Assembly (NCBI GenBank): GCA_964371095.1
Contig: CAYJMJ010000008.1
Span: forward strand, 8,278 to 72,277
DNA from: an uncultured Dehalococcoidia bacterium
GTDB taxonomy: Bacteria > Chloroflexota > Dehalococcoidia > DSTF01 > JACRBR01
Direction of reading: 5' to 3'
Length of the DNA stretch: 64,000 bases
Shown here piece by piece: positions 20,187 through 28,567 of the stretch. The notes beneath the pieces are model-generated. The model was not told the DNA's origin and did not search any database. It saw only the letters and a program-made list of their open reading frames with translations. How positions within the stretch are numbered: position 1 is the first letter of the stretch; the number at the start of each line of letters is the position of its first letter. A program made the translations under genes and the position numbers.

Positions 20187-21245
20187 ATGAAGCGGCAACT
20201 GGTCCCCGCACTCTTGCTTTGGCTCGCGCTCACCGCCGTGGGCGAGGTCTTGGCCGCCACAGTAGACCTGTACATCGTCCCGAAATCGAACAAGGGCGAG
20301 GAGATCGACTTCGCCTTCCGTTTCCTCGTCTACATGGCGGTACCCGTCTTCACGATGGTCGTGGCCGTGCTCGTCTCGTCGGTCGCCCTACACTCCTCCG
20401 TTGACTTCCCGGAGGAGGACGGTCCGCCCATGCACGGGCGAGGCGCGGCGCCACTGGTCTGGGTGGGCCTCACCTCGTGCCTTGCGGCTGTTGTGATGGT
20501 CTACCCCGGCCTCATCGGGATCCCCCGCGTCGTGCGCCAGACGAGCAACCCTGACGTGCTCGTCAAGGTCGAGGGCGTCCAGTGGACCTGGCTCGTCAGC
20601 TACCCGAACGAAAACATCGACGGCGCGAGAGAGGTCGTTCTCCCCGTCGATTCCACGGTCCGATTCGACATCACCAGTCGTGACGTGCTTCATTCGTTCT
20701 GGGTCCCGTCGTTCTTGCTCAAGATCGACGCGGTGCCAGGCCTGACGACGAGGCTCTCGCTCAAGCCCACGAAGATCGGCTCGTACGACGCGGATCCAAA
20801 CCTGCGCGTGCAGTGCGCGCAGCTCTGCGGGTTGAGCCACTCGCGCATGCAGATGCCGGTTCGCGTCGTCAGCCGAGCCGACTACGATGCCTGGGTGAAG
20901 GAGCAAACCGGTGCTCCCACGGCTGACGTCACGCCCACCGGTCCCGTGACCGAACTGACGATCATCGCGAAGAACATCAAGTGGAACACGGACACGCTGA
21001 CGGCGCCCTCGGGCAGCACGGTGAAGCTCAACATCGACAACCAGGACAATGCGATCCCGCACAACTTCTCGCTCTACGCGAGCGAGCAGGCCGCGTTGAG
21101 CGGCGAGAAGCCGTTGACCACGACCAAGATCCAGTCCGGCCCGCTGCAAGAATCGGTGGTGTTCAACGCACCGGCGGCCGGCACGTATTTCTTCCGGTGT
21201 GACGTGCACCCAACGGCGATGACCGGCACGTTTGTCGTCCAATGA
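20187..21245 (+). CDS. coxB: Heme-copper oxidase subunit II with CuA site and fused C-terminal type-1 cupredoxin domain
   Basis: Two TM helices; 'DVLHSFWVP' and 'CAQLCGLSHSRM' (CuA); extra domain with 'PHNF' and 'YFFRCDVHPTAMTG'. Confidence 0.92.
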   Translation: MKRQLVPALLLWLALTAVGEVLAATVDLYIVPKSNKGEEIDFAFRFLVYMAVPVFTMVVAVLVSSVALHSSVDFPEEDGPPMHGRGAAPLVWVGLTSCLAAVVMVYPGLIGIPRVVRQTSNPDVLVKVEGVQWTWLVSYPNENIDGAREVVLPVDSTVRFDITSRDVLHSFWVPSFLLKIDAVPGLTTRLSLKPTKIGSYDADPNLRVQCAQLCGLSHSRMQMPVRVVSRADYDAWVKEQTGAPTADVTPTGPVTELTIIAKNIKWNTDTLTAPSGSTVKLNIDNQDNAIPHNFSLYASEQAALSGEKPLTTTKIQSGPLQESVVFNAPAAGTYFFRCDVHPTAMTGTFVVQ

Positions 21246-21273
21246 AACTCGCGATGAACGCAGAGGTAATCGT

Positions 21274-23184
21274 ATGACGAGCTCGCCAGACGCGATGGTG
21301 ATGCAGCCTCCGAGTCCCATATCCGCCCTGGTGCCGATCCTGCGCGGCCTCGTGTGGGGCCTCATCGGGTTCGGAATCGGCGCCGGCCTCACTGCCCTGG
21401 CACGGGAAGCGATGGGCGACAGCCCGTGGGCGATCGAGACGAACCTGACGTTCGGCTACATGCTGGGGCTTCCCGGCTGGCTCTTCGGCGTCGGCGTCTG
21501 GGAACGGTGGGGACGCGAATGGTTTGGATGGTCGGTCAAGTCCGAGGAGCCGACGGGGCTGCGCCGATTCCTGGCATTCTCCTTCGACCACAAGGTCATC
21601 GGTATCCAGTACCTGACGACGTTTCTCCTCCTGTTCCTCGTAGCCGGTCTCTTCGCCATGGCAATCCGATACCAGCTGCTGAAGCCTGAAGGTGCGGCGT
21701 TCAGCGACGGCGTGTACAACCGCATCATGAGCATGCACGGCATCATCATGATCGCGGTCGCCGTCGCGTCGGTGATCGGCGGCTTCGGCAACTACTTCAT
21801 CCCGATCATGATCGGCGCGAAGGACGTTGCCTTCCCGCGACTCAACGCACTGACATTCTGGCTCGTGCCGCCCGTCGCCATCCTCCTGCTCGCGTCGCAA
21901 GCCGCAGGCGGCTGGGACGCCGGGTGGACGTCGTATCCGCCACTCAGCCTCCACAACGCCTCGGGCCAGGTGTTCTTCTGCCTGGCGATCATCACGTTCG
22001 GTCTCTCATCGATCCTCGGCGGATTGAACTTCCTGGTGACGATTATTCACCTCCGCGCGCCGGGCATGAGCTGGGGCCGCCTGCCGATCTTCGTCTGGGC
22101 CATGTTCGCCACCTCGATCCTGTCCCTGACGTTCACGCAGTTCTTCGCCGCAGCGATGATGATGGTCCTGATGGAGCGGATCGCCGGATTCGGCTTCTTC
22201 AATGCATCGACGGGCGGCGCGCCGTTGCTGTACCAGCACGTGTTCTGGTTCTATTCCCACCCGGCCGTCTACATCTTCGTGCTGCCGGGCCTCGGCATCA
22301 CGCTCGAGGTGCTCGCCCACTTCTCGCGCAAACCGCTGTTCGCGTACAAATGGGCGGTTGGGGGTCTCCTCGGCATCGTCTCGCTCAGCGGATTGGTGTG
22401 GGCGCACCACATGTTCGCCAGCGGCATGGACGCGAAGCTGCTGTCGCCCTTCCTTGTGTCGACGGAGATCATCTCCATCCCGACCGGCCTCATCTTCCTG
22501 TCGGCGCTGGGCACGATCTGGATGGGCCGCCTCTGGCTGCGCGCACCCATGCTGTTCGCATTGGCTGTGATCTTCAATTTTCTGATCGGCGGCATCACCG
22601 GCATCTTCCTTGCTGATGTTCCGACCGACATCAACGTGCAGGACACGTACTTCGTCGTCGCTCACTTCCATTACACCATCATCGGCGGCGAGATCTTCGC
22701 CCTGTTCGCCGGCGTCTATTACTGGTTCCCGAAGATGTCCGGCCGCATGTACAACGAGAAGCTCGCCCAGCTCCATTTCTGGGTCATGTTCCTCGGATTC
22801 AACTTTGCCTTCATCCCGATGTTCTGGACGGGCCTGCACGGCATGAACCGGCGGATCGCGACGTACCAGCCCGACCTCCAGGGCGTCAATATCTTCATCA
22901 GCATCGCCGCCTTCTCGCTGGGTGCGAGTTTCATCCCGTTCGTGGCGAACATGGTGTACTCGGTAGTCCGCGGGCCGAAGGCGGTCCCCGATCCGTGGCA
23001 CGCACGCTCGCTGGAATGGCAGGTGTCGTCGCCTCCGCCCCTCGAGAACTTCCACGCCATCCCGCTGATCAGCGGCAATCCATATGACTACGGCGTGCGC
23101 GGTGCACCGGCCTACGCGATCGTGCCGATCGCGGGCGGAAGCGGTGAGATCGAGCCGCCAATCGGAGAGGGAACACCGCAATGA
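21274..23184 (+). CDS. coxA: Heme-copper oxygen reductase subunit I, A2-type, with non-canonical K channel
   Basis: 'MHG', 'DVAFPRLN', 'WFYSHPAVY', 'WAHHMF', 'AHFHY', 'GMNRR'; SD GAGG before ATG 21274. Confidence 0.95.
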   Translation: MTSSPDAMVMQPPSPISALVPILRGLVWGLIGFGIGAGLTALAREAMGDSPWAIETNLTFGYMLGLPGWLFGVGVWERWGREWFGWSVKSEEPTGLRRFLAFSFDHKVIGIQYLTTFLLLFLVAGLFAMAIRYQLLKPEGAAFSDGVYNRIMSMHGIIMIAVAVASVIGGFGNYFIPIMIGAKDVAFPRLNALTFWLVPPVAILLLASQAAGGWDAGWTSYPPLSLHNASGQVFFCLAIITFGLSSILGGLNFLVTIIHLRAPGMSWGRLPIFVWAMFATSILSLTFTQFFAAAMMMVLMERIAGFGFFNASTGGAPLLYQHVFWFYSHPAVYIFVLPGLGITLEVLAHFSRKPLFAYKWAVGGLLGIVSLSGLVWAHHMFASGMDAKLLSPFLVSTEIISIPTGLIFLSALGTIWMGRLWLRAPMLFALAVIFNFLIGGITGIFLADVPTDINVQDTYFVVAHFHYTIIGGEIFALFAGVYYWFPKMSGRMYNEKLAQLHFWVMFLGFNFAFIPMFWTGLHGMNRRIATYQPDLQGVNIFISIAAFSLGASFIPFVANMVYSVVRGPKAVPDPWHARSLEWQVSSPPPLENFHAIPLISGNPYDYGVRGAPAYAIVPIAGGSGEIEPPIGEGTPQ

Positions 23185-23399
23185 GCAAGCCGCATGGCGA
23201 GAAGAGCGCATCCCGTATCGGCTGGTGGATCTTCATCGGCCTCGCGATCGTCACGCTGATCGAGTACATCGTCGCGGTTGCACTCTCGATCAACCTGTTC
23301 TTCCTCGCCCAGATCGCCGTGCTCAAGGCCGGGCTCATCGCCGTGTACTTCATGCACATCGGTCGCGCGTTCGAGCGCACCGGGGAGGACGAGGACTAG
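23181..23399 (+). CDS. Cytochrome oxidase small subunit IV-like, 2 TM
   Basis: 72 aa; 'IAVLKAGLIAVYFMHI' matches the prokaryotic subunit IV pattern; ATGA overlap with coxA. Confidence 0.8.
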   Translation: MSKPHGEKSASRIGWWIFIGLAIVTLIEYIVAVALSINLFFLAQIAVLKAGLIAVYFMHIGRAFERTGEDED

Positions 23400-23975
23400 A
23401 TGGCCGTCGCGACGCTGCACCAGGAACACGCCGTCCACCACGAGGAGCCGCAGCGCCCCGCGATGAACCAGCTCGGCCTCTGGCTCTTCTTCCTGTCCGA
23501 GTCATTCCTGTTTGGCGCTCTGCTGTCGGCGCGATTCTATCTCGCGGGCACCGACCGGCCGCACGTCAACCAGCTGCTTGGACTCGCTATCACGGCGATC
23601 CTGCTGGTCAGCAGCCTTACCGCCTACAGGTCTGAATCGTCGATCGCCCGGGGCGATCGGAAGGCATTCCTTCGTTACCTGCTGGCGACAATTGCGCTCG
23701 GCATCATCTTCGCAGTCGGCGTGGGATACGAGTGGTCGACTGCCGAGTTCCACCGATCGGAGCCGTACGGCGCGGCCTTCTTTTCCATGACCGGGCTGCA
23801 CGCGTCACACGTGGTCAGCGGCGTGGTGATGCTGGGGATGGTCTACTACCTCGGCGCACGAGGCCACTTCTCGGCGGATAGTCACTGGGGCGTCGAGGCC
23901 GTCATCAAGTACTGGCACTTCGTCGACGTCGTCTGGGTGTTCTTCTACCCTGCGCTCTACCTGATCAAGCTGTAG
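23400..23975 (+). CDS. coxC: Heme-copper oxidase subunit III
   Basis: 'GLWLFFLSESFLFGAL', 'FFSMTGLHASHV', 'YWHFVDVVW'. Confidence 0.92.
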   Translation: MAVATLHQEHAVHHEEPQRPAMNQLGLWLFFLSESFLFGALLSARFYLAGTDRPHVNQLLGLAITAILLVSSLTAYRSESSIARGDRKAFLRYLLATIALGIIFAVGVGYEWSTAEFHRSEPYGAAFFSMTGLHASHVVSGVVMLGMVYYLGARGHFSADSHWGVEAVIKYWHFVDVVWVFFYPALYLIKL

Positions 23976-24036
23976 CAGACGGCCGCACCCCTTCCGGCAT
24001 CGACGCAAGGCGACGCACGTTCAGTTGGCGCGCCGC

Positions 24037-24633
24037 CTACGCCCGCGCGAAGAACCGTAGCGCCGTGCGAATGCGCTCCTCGAGCGGCGCCTCGCCGTCG
24101 CGGGGCAACCGCCCGGCCGCGGAAGACGCCTCTGCCTGCGAGTACCCCAGCCCCATCAGCGCGGCGATGACTTCCGCGTCGGCCTTCGGCTCGACCTCCG
24201 CCGGCGGCGTGGCGTCAATACCGGCTGCGGGCGGCGTCACCTTGTCGCGCAGCTCGAGCACGAGCCGCTCGGCCGTCTTCTGTCCGATGCCGGGCACGCG
24301 CCGGAGCACGTCTGAGCGCCCGCCGGCGATTGCCGTCGTGAGCTGCGGGTGGTCGAGAGCCGACAGGAGCCCAAGCGCCACCCTGGGCCCGACGCCGCTG
24401 ACGCCGATGAGCTGCTCGAACAGCACGAGGTCATCACGCGTCGAGAAGGCGAAGAGCGTGAGCACGTCCTCGCGCACGTGCAGGTGCGTGAATAGCGCCG
24501 CATCGTCGCCCGCGGCCAGCGCGTCGGCCGTCGTCGCCGGCACGGCGGCGAGCAGCCCGACACCGCCGACGCCGACGATCACCCAGTCGTCGCCCTTCTC
24601 CTCCACGACGCCCCGGAGCCGGGCTATCGGCAT
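24037..24633 (-). CDS. ruvA: Holliday junction branch migration protein RuvA
   Basis: 'MPIARLRG', 'LFTHLHVRED', 'IGVSGVGPRVAL', 'VPGIGQKTAERLVLELRDK', 'ALMGLGY'. Confidence 0.95.
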   Translation of the reverse strand: MPIARLRGVVEEKGDDWVIVGVGGVGLLAAVPATTADALAAGDDAALFTHLHVREDVLTLFAFSTRDDLVLFEQLIGVSGVGPRVALGLLSALDHPQLTTAIAGGRSDVLRRVPGIGQKTAERLVLELRDKVTPPAAGIDATPPAEVEPKADAEVIAALMGLGYSQAEASSAAGRLPRDGEAPLEERIRTALRFFARA

Positions 24634-24727
24634 CGCACCGCCACGCATCGTGTGTGAACCCGAAGACAGACCATGATGGACCGAGTATAGGAGAAGCCGC
24701 CGCTTCCCGATAACACCGGCGACGCCG

Positions 24728-25528
24728 TCAGCCCGCGAGGCGCTCGGAAGACGGCGCGCGCCATTCGGCGGCGCTCTCGCGAAGTCGCACCTGGTCGTAG
24801 CCAGCCGCCTTCGCATCGAGCAACGCCGCCTCGGCCGCCCGCAGCAGCGCCTCCGGCGAATCGACGTCGGCGCCTGGCGCGACGGCGATCCCCTGCGAGA
24901 GTGTGAGCCCGAGGGCCGCGCCGAACCGGCGTCCGAAGAACTCATGCGTCGTCAGCTGGGACCGGATCTTCCCCGCAACCACGCACGCTTGCGTCCCGTT
25001 CGTCTCGGGCAGCAGGACGGCCAGCGTCTGCGCGTCGTAGCGGCAGCCGATGTCGTGCGCTCGCACGGTCGACCGGACGATCGCACCGACTTCCGAGATG
25101 AGGTAGTTCTTGCTGAGCTTGCTCGACTGCACACCGGCCTCCGTCGCCTCGTCGAGCTGGATGAGAAGCAGGGCCAGGGGCCGCCCGAAGCGCTGGGCGC
25201 GCGTCCATTCGAGGTCGAGGTTCTCGTCGAGATGCTGGCGGGTCGAAAGTCCCGTCAGCTCGTCAACGGTGGACAGGCGATCGATCTGGATCTCTTTCCG
25301 AACAAGCTCCGCGCTGAGCTCGTTGACGGTCCCCTCAACGTCGCGCTCCCTGCGCAGGTCCCATGCGATGTACGCCGTCATGACGAGGCCGCAGACAAGC
25401 GCTGGCAGCGCGATGCTCGCGATCGTCGTGGCATTGAAAACCGGTTCTGAGCCCTGCCCGAACAGCACCGCCAGATACGACAGGCCGACCGACACGCCAC
25501 CGAAGACGACGAACGCGAAACGCTTCAC
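24728..25528 (-). CDS. Membrane protein with degenerate GGDEF domain
   Basis: Two TM segments; 'DELTGLSTR'; RAHD I-site; active-site motif reads 'RYDAQTL' instead of RxGGDEF. Confidence 0.8.
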   Translation of the reverse strand: MKRFAFVVFGGVSVGLSYLAVLFGQGSEPVFNATTIASIALPALVCGLVMTAYIAWDLRRERDVEGTVNELSAELVRKEIQIDRLSTVDELTGLSTRQHLDENLDLEWTRAQRFGRPLALLLIQLDEATEAGVQSSKLSKNYLISEVGAIVRSTVRAHDIGCRYDAQTLAVLLPETNGTQACVVAGKIRSQLTTHEFFGRRFGAALGLTLSQGIAVAPGADVDSPEALLRAAEAALLDAKAAGYDQVRLRESAAEWRAPSSERLAG

Positions 25529-25646
25529 GCAGTTATGTTCGACCGCGAGGCGGTATGAACGCACCCCTCCGGAGGCACACGGAGCCTTCGGTGCGCCGTT
25601 ATGTCAACTCATGAACTGAGGACGCGCCCCGACCGATGCTCGCCAC

Positions 25647-26552
25647 CTACCACGCCGCAATGGGCCGGAGAACGCGCTCGGCGACATATTCGAGCGTCTC
25701 CGGGCGGTCGACGTCCGGCATGTTGAAGATCGGCTGCTCCACGCCGGCGTCCCGGAACTTCCGCAGCAGCGCCAGCGCCTGATCCGGCGTTAGCCAACGG
25801 CCACCGCCTTCGGGCCGCACCATGAGCGTCAGGAGCACGGTCTTCTCGATCTGCTCGTACGGGCGCCCCTCGCGGGCGCAGTGTTCCTCAAGGACCTCCA
25901 GCTTGTGTCTCACGGTCTCGACGCCCTCGTCGCTCATCTGGACGCCGACCAGGTTCGTCGCATCGCCGTACCGCGCCACGAGCCGAAGCGTCTTCTTCTC
26001 TCCCTGGCCGCCAATCAGGATCGGCGGATGGGGCTTCGACACGGGGCGGGGAACGCAGATCGTCTCAGCGAACTGATAATGTCTGCCCGTGAATGCGCCG
26101 TTCTCGTCGCTCCACATCTGGAGCGCGACGCGGAGTGTCTCTTCGAGCCGCTCGAAGCGCTCCTTCAGCGGCGGAAACGGCACTCCGAGGCCGAGGTGCT
26201 CGCGTTCGAACCAGGCCGCGCCGATGCCGAAGTACGCACGCCCGCCCGACAGTACGTCGAGCGTCGTCGCCGTCTTCACGAGCACGCCGGGATGGCGATA
26301 GGTGACGCCCGTGACCATCGTCCCCAGCTTGATGGTCGATGTCTTCGCGGCCGCGAACGCGAGCGCGGAATAACCCTCGAGCATGTCGAGATCGGCCGTG
26401 CCGAGGCCGGGTAGCTGGAAGAAATGATCCATCACCCAGAAGCTGTGAAAGCCGACGTCCTCCGCGCGCTTCGCGAGGTCGCCGAAGGTGCGCGCGAGCC
26501 CCTCCGGACCGGACGGCCACGTGAAGTACGGCACCTGTAAGCCCGCTCGCAT
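25647..26552 (-). CDS. LLM-class F420-dependent oxidoreductase (Rv1855c-like)
   Basis: 'FHSFWVMDHFFQ', 'GVTYRHPGVLVKTATTLDVLSGGR', 'PPILIGGQGEKKTL'; SD GGAG before ATG 26552. Confidence 0.9.
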   Translation of the reverse strand: MRAGLQVPYFTWPSGPEGLARTFGDLAKRAEDVGFHSFWVMDHFFQLPGLGTADLDMLEGYSALAFAAAKTSTIKLGTMVTGVTYRHPGVLVKTATTLDVLSGGRAYFGIGAAWFEREHLGLGVPFPPLKERFERLEETLRVALQMWSDENGAFTGRHYQFAETICVPRPVSKPHPPILIGGQGEKKTLRLVARYGDATNLVGVQMSDEGVETVRHKLEVLEEHCAREGRPYEQIEKTVLLTLMVRPEGGGRWLTPDQALALLRKFRDAGVEQPIFNMPDVDRPETLEYVAERVLRPIAAW

Positions 26553-26653
26553 TCCAACTCCCTTCACATCGTCTACACGTCGCCGACGGGTGCCTACGGG
26601 CATCCGTACCGTAAGACACAGCCTAACGTAGTACCGCTGTGTCGCGCGATTCC

Positions 26654-26687
26654 TTGAACCAAGCAAAGTGCTGTGATACGTTTCACG
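26654..26687 (+). promoter_or_regulatory. Candidate sdh promoter with an overlapping CRP/FNR-family box
   Basis: TTGAAC-17 bp-TACGTT; TGTGA-TACGTT-TCACG (26672-26687) matches 9/10 of TGTGA-N6-TCACA. Confidence 0.5.
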
Positions 26688-26866
26688 CGCCTCTGGAGGG
26701 CGGATGAACGACGCATCCCGACGGCTCATTGACTGCCCCCGTGCGAGCCTCCATTCCGGCGCAGCCCGAGGCCCGGAATCTGTAATTTCAGACACTCCGC
26801 CGGTCGCCGGCGTTCCGCATCCCCAAGAAGACAGGCACGATGTAAGAAGGAAGGTGTAGACGAGCT

Positions 26867-28567
26867 ATGGCTGTCTACGAGCACGACATCCTCGTCATCG
26901 GAGCCGGCCTCGCCGGCATGCGCGCCGCCATCGCCGCCCAACAGATGGGTGCCGACGTGGCGATGATCTCGAAGGTCCATCCCGTCCGCTCTCACTCGAA
27001 TGCCGCACAGGGCGGCATCAACGGACCCGGCGTTGGCGAAGACGGCGGTCCGTGGGAGGAGCACGCCTTCGAGACGACCAAGGCCTCGGACTACCTGGGC
27101 GACCAGGATGCCATCGAGGTCCTCGCCAAAGAGGGCGGTCGCGAGGTGCTCCAGACCGAGCACTGGGGCGTCGTCTACAGCCGCAAGCCCGATGGCACAA
27201 TGGCGGTTCGCCGCTTCGGCGGCATGGGGAAGGCGCGGACCTTCTTCGTCGGCGCGATCACCGGACAGGCGATCCTCCACGTGCTCTACGAGCAACTGAT
27301 GAAGCCCAGTATCTACCGGGCGATGCGCAACTACGAGGAGTGGTTCGTCACCAGCCTGATCATGGATGAGGGGCAGTGTCGCGGCGCCGTCGCCATGAAC
27401 ATCCGTACCGGCGAACTCCACGCGATCACCGCCAAGGCAACGATCGTCTGCACGGGCGGCCTCGGCCGCGTCTACGAGCCGTCGACCAACGCCCTCATCT
27501 GCACGGGCGACGGCATCTCGCTGTCCTACCGGGCGGGCGCGCCCATCATGGACATGGAGATGGTCCAGATTCACCCCACGTCCCTTAAGGGCTCGGGCGT
27601 GCTCATCACCGAGGGTGCGCGCGGCGAAGGCGCCTACCTCCTCAACAAGGACGGCGAGCGCTTCATGTCGAAGTACGCGCCCAACATGATGGAGCTGGCC
27701 TCCCGTGACGTCGTCTCACGCGCCGAGCAGACCGAGATCGACGAGGGGCGTGGCGTCGACGGCTGCGTGTTCCTCGACATGCGCCACCTCGGCGAGCAGC
27801 TGATCAAGGAGCGGCTCGAGGAGATCTACGAGATCGCGCGCGACCTCGTGAACATCGACATCACGAAGGAGATGCTGCCGATCTTGCCTGGCATCCACTA
27901 CTCGATGGGCGGCGTCAAGACCGACGTCGACGGCCGGACGGCCGTGCCCGGTCTCTACTCCGCCGGCGAGGCCGCCTGCGTCAGCGTGCACGGCGCCAAC
28001 CGCGTCGGCGCGAACTCGCTCCTCGACACGCTCGTCTTCGGCCGCAAAGCCGCCGAGCACGCAGTGCCATGGCTCAAGGGGAAGACCTTCAAGCCGATTC
28101 CCGAAAGCGTGGTCGAGAAGGACCGGCAGATGATTCGGGGTGTGCTCGACCGGCCGCTCAATGGCGATCGGATCGCCAAGATCCGCCGCGACATGGGCGT
28201 CTCGATGAGCGCGAACGTCGGCCTGTTCCGCACTCCGGAGCGCATCGAGCAGCAGCTGGCGCAGCTCAAGGAACTCCGCGCGCGCTATGAGAAGGTCGGC
28301 GTGGAGGACAAGGGCAAGGTGTTCAACACCGACCTGTTGTTCCACATCGAACTGGGCTACATGCTCGACTGCGCCGAGATGATCACGAAGAGCGCACTCG
28401 AGCGGAAGGAGAGCCGCGGCGCCCACACGCGCCTGGACTACCCGAAGCGTGACGATGAGAACTGGCTCAAGCACATCGTGCTCACCAGGCAGTCCGACGG
28501 CAGCGAGAAGATGAGCTACACACCTGTGACGATCACGCAGTGGCAGCCGCAGGAAAGGAAGTACTAG
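26867..28567 (+). CDS. sdhA: Succinate dehydrogenase/fumarate reductase flavoprotein
   Basis: GAGLAG, '[10 protein letters not shown]' (covalent-FAD His), 'QIHPT', 'ITEGARGEG', '[11 protein letters not shown]', 'HYSMGG', '[11 protein letters not shown]'. Confidence 0.96.
   Translation: MAVYEHDILVIGAGLAGMRAAIAAQQMGADVAMISKVHPVRSHSNAAQGGINGPGVGEDGGPWEEHAFETTKASDYLGDQDAIEVLAKEGGREVLQTEHWGVVYSRKPDGTMAVRRFGGMGKARTFFVGAITGQAILHVLYEQLMKPSIYRAMRNYEEWFVTSLIMDEGQCRGAVAMNIRTGELHAITAKATIVCTGGLGRVYEPSTNALICTGDGISLSYRAGAPIMDMEMVQIHPTSLKGSGVLITEGARGEGAYLLNKDGERFMSKYAPNMMELASRDVVSRAEQTEIDEGRGVDGCVFLDMRHLGEQLIKERLEEIYEIARDLVNIDITKEMLPILPGIHYSMGGVKTDVDGRTAVPGLYSAGEAACVSVHGANRVGANSLLDTLVFGRKAAEHAVPWLKGKTFKPIPESVVEKDRQMIRGVLDRPLNGDRIAKIRRDMGVSMSANVGLFRTPERIEQQLAQLKELRARYEKVGVEDKGKVFNTDLLFHIELGYMLDCAEMITKSALERKESRGAHTRLDYPKRDDENWLKHIVLTRQSDGSEKMSYTPVTITQWQPQERKY

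Noticed and set aside
21274-23184. Idea that the oxidase is a nitric oxide reductase because of the helix VIII Glu and missing Lys
   Set aside because: The cross-link Tyr (HPAVY), D-channel residues and subunit III are present, and by my alignment the Glu is two residues off the cNOR Glu position. An O2 reductase fits better.
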